From: Actinomycetaceae bacterium
GTDB taxonomy: Bacteria > Actinomycetota > Actinomycetes > Actinomycetales > Actinomycetaceae
NCBI GenBank assembly: GCA_030528145.1
Contig: JAUMZK010000010.1
Coordinates: 2,871-66,870, forward strand
Length of the DNA stretch: 64,000 bases
Direction of reading: 5' to 3'
Shown: one piece after another, positions 63,935 to 64,000 of the stretch
Position numbering within the stretch: the first letter of the stretch is position 1
Layout of the letters: every line of letters starts with the position of its first letter
Position numbers and translations under genes: made by a program
Notes under the pieces: model-generated
The model's input: the letters and a program-made list of their open reading frames with translations, nothing else
Told to the model about the DNA's origin: nothing
Databases searched by the model: none

Positions 63935-64000
63935 GAGTACCCACACAATGGCAGTAGGTCCACATTTTTGTTTTGTATACCCCGTTTGTTTTCGCTGAAA

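Noticed and set aside
1-64000. Search for tRNA, rRNA, CRISPR arrays, IS elements or transposases, integrases, toxin-antitoxin pairs and known defence genes
   Set aside because: Nothing with the expected sequence features was found by eye in any intergenic region or ORF translation. A covariance-model or HMM scan would be needed to exclude small RNAs.
1-64000. Explaining the GAGGACG excess purely as preferred Glu-Asp codons (GAG GAC)
   Set aside because: Sense-strand 10-mers are indeed all in-frame E-D-A. However, the word also occurs in intergenic DNA, on antisense strands in two other frames (G-V-L, A-S-S), and in sense frames encoding S-R-T and R-P-R. The flanking bases are also biased. 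A rough estimate for in-frame EDA with preferred codons is under 1 per window. A codon-aware null is still required, so this is rejected only as a complete explanation.

Overview
The window is a chromosomal segment from a moderately high-GC Gram-positive actinobacterium. Gene content looks Actinomycetaceae-like and host-associated, but the taxon cannot be fixed from sequence alone. All counts and alignments were done by eye, without tools.

Gene content, left to right:
- a truncated cold-shock gene
- a TPM / PspA / NYN membrane-stress trio
- glpD and lysS
- a galacto-N-biose/lacto-N-biose (GH112) utilisation operon: DeoR regulator, nucleotidyltransferase, GHMP kinase, phosphorylase, ABC importer
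- a divergent GalNAc/tagatose-6-P operon: SIS, ROK, PfkB, class II aldolase
- a decayed GH2 beta-galactosidase remnant
- an internally duplicated HAD acid phosphatase
- a 1222-aa FG-GAP LPXTG surface protein
- cydAB preceded by a DUF3152 paralog that has lost its HExxH motif
- a FAD/Fe-S oxidoreductase tightly following feoABC, with feoB frameshifted
- ppdK
- a second DUF3152 (HExxH intact) flanked by inverted copies of an 83-bp repeat
- an S8 protease with an odd Trp-rich tail, plus a lipoprotein
- clpC, dtd, ygfZ, a nitrobindin-like gene and a membrane protein
- a more AT-rich sortase-pilus island: base pilin, class C sortase, major pilin, 2386-aa tip adhesin
- a His-rich metal-binding protein behind Fur-like boxes

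No rRNA, tRNA, CRISPR array, IS element or prophage gene was recognised.

Most unusual signals:
1. The word GAGGACG occurs about 70 times, and its 10-mer form CGAGGACGCC at least 17 times. It is on both strands, in several reading frames, in intergenic DNA, and as inverted pairs that form terminator hairpins. It is sparse in the pilus island. This is the statistical signature of a DNA-uptake-sequence-like or Chi-like genome word.
2. A G10 homopolymer sits in the -35/-10 spacer of the candidate promoter of the giant tip-adhesin gene, making it a phase-variation candidate.
3. The GNB/LNB locus uses a GHMP kinase plus a nucleotidyltransferase where bifidobacteria use NahK/GalT.
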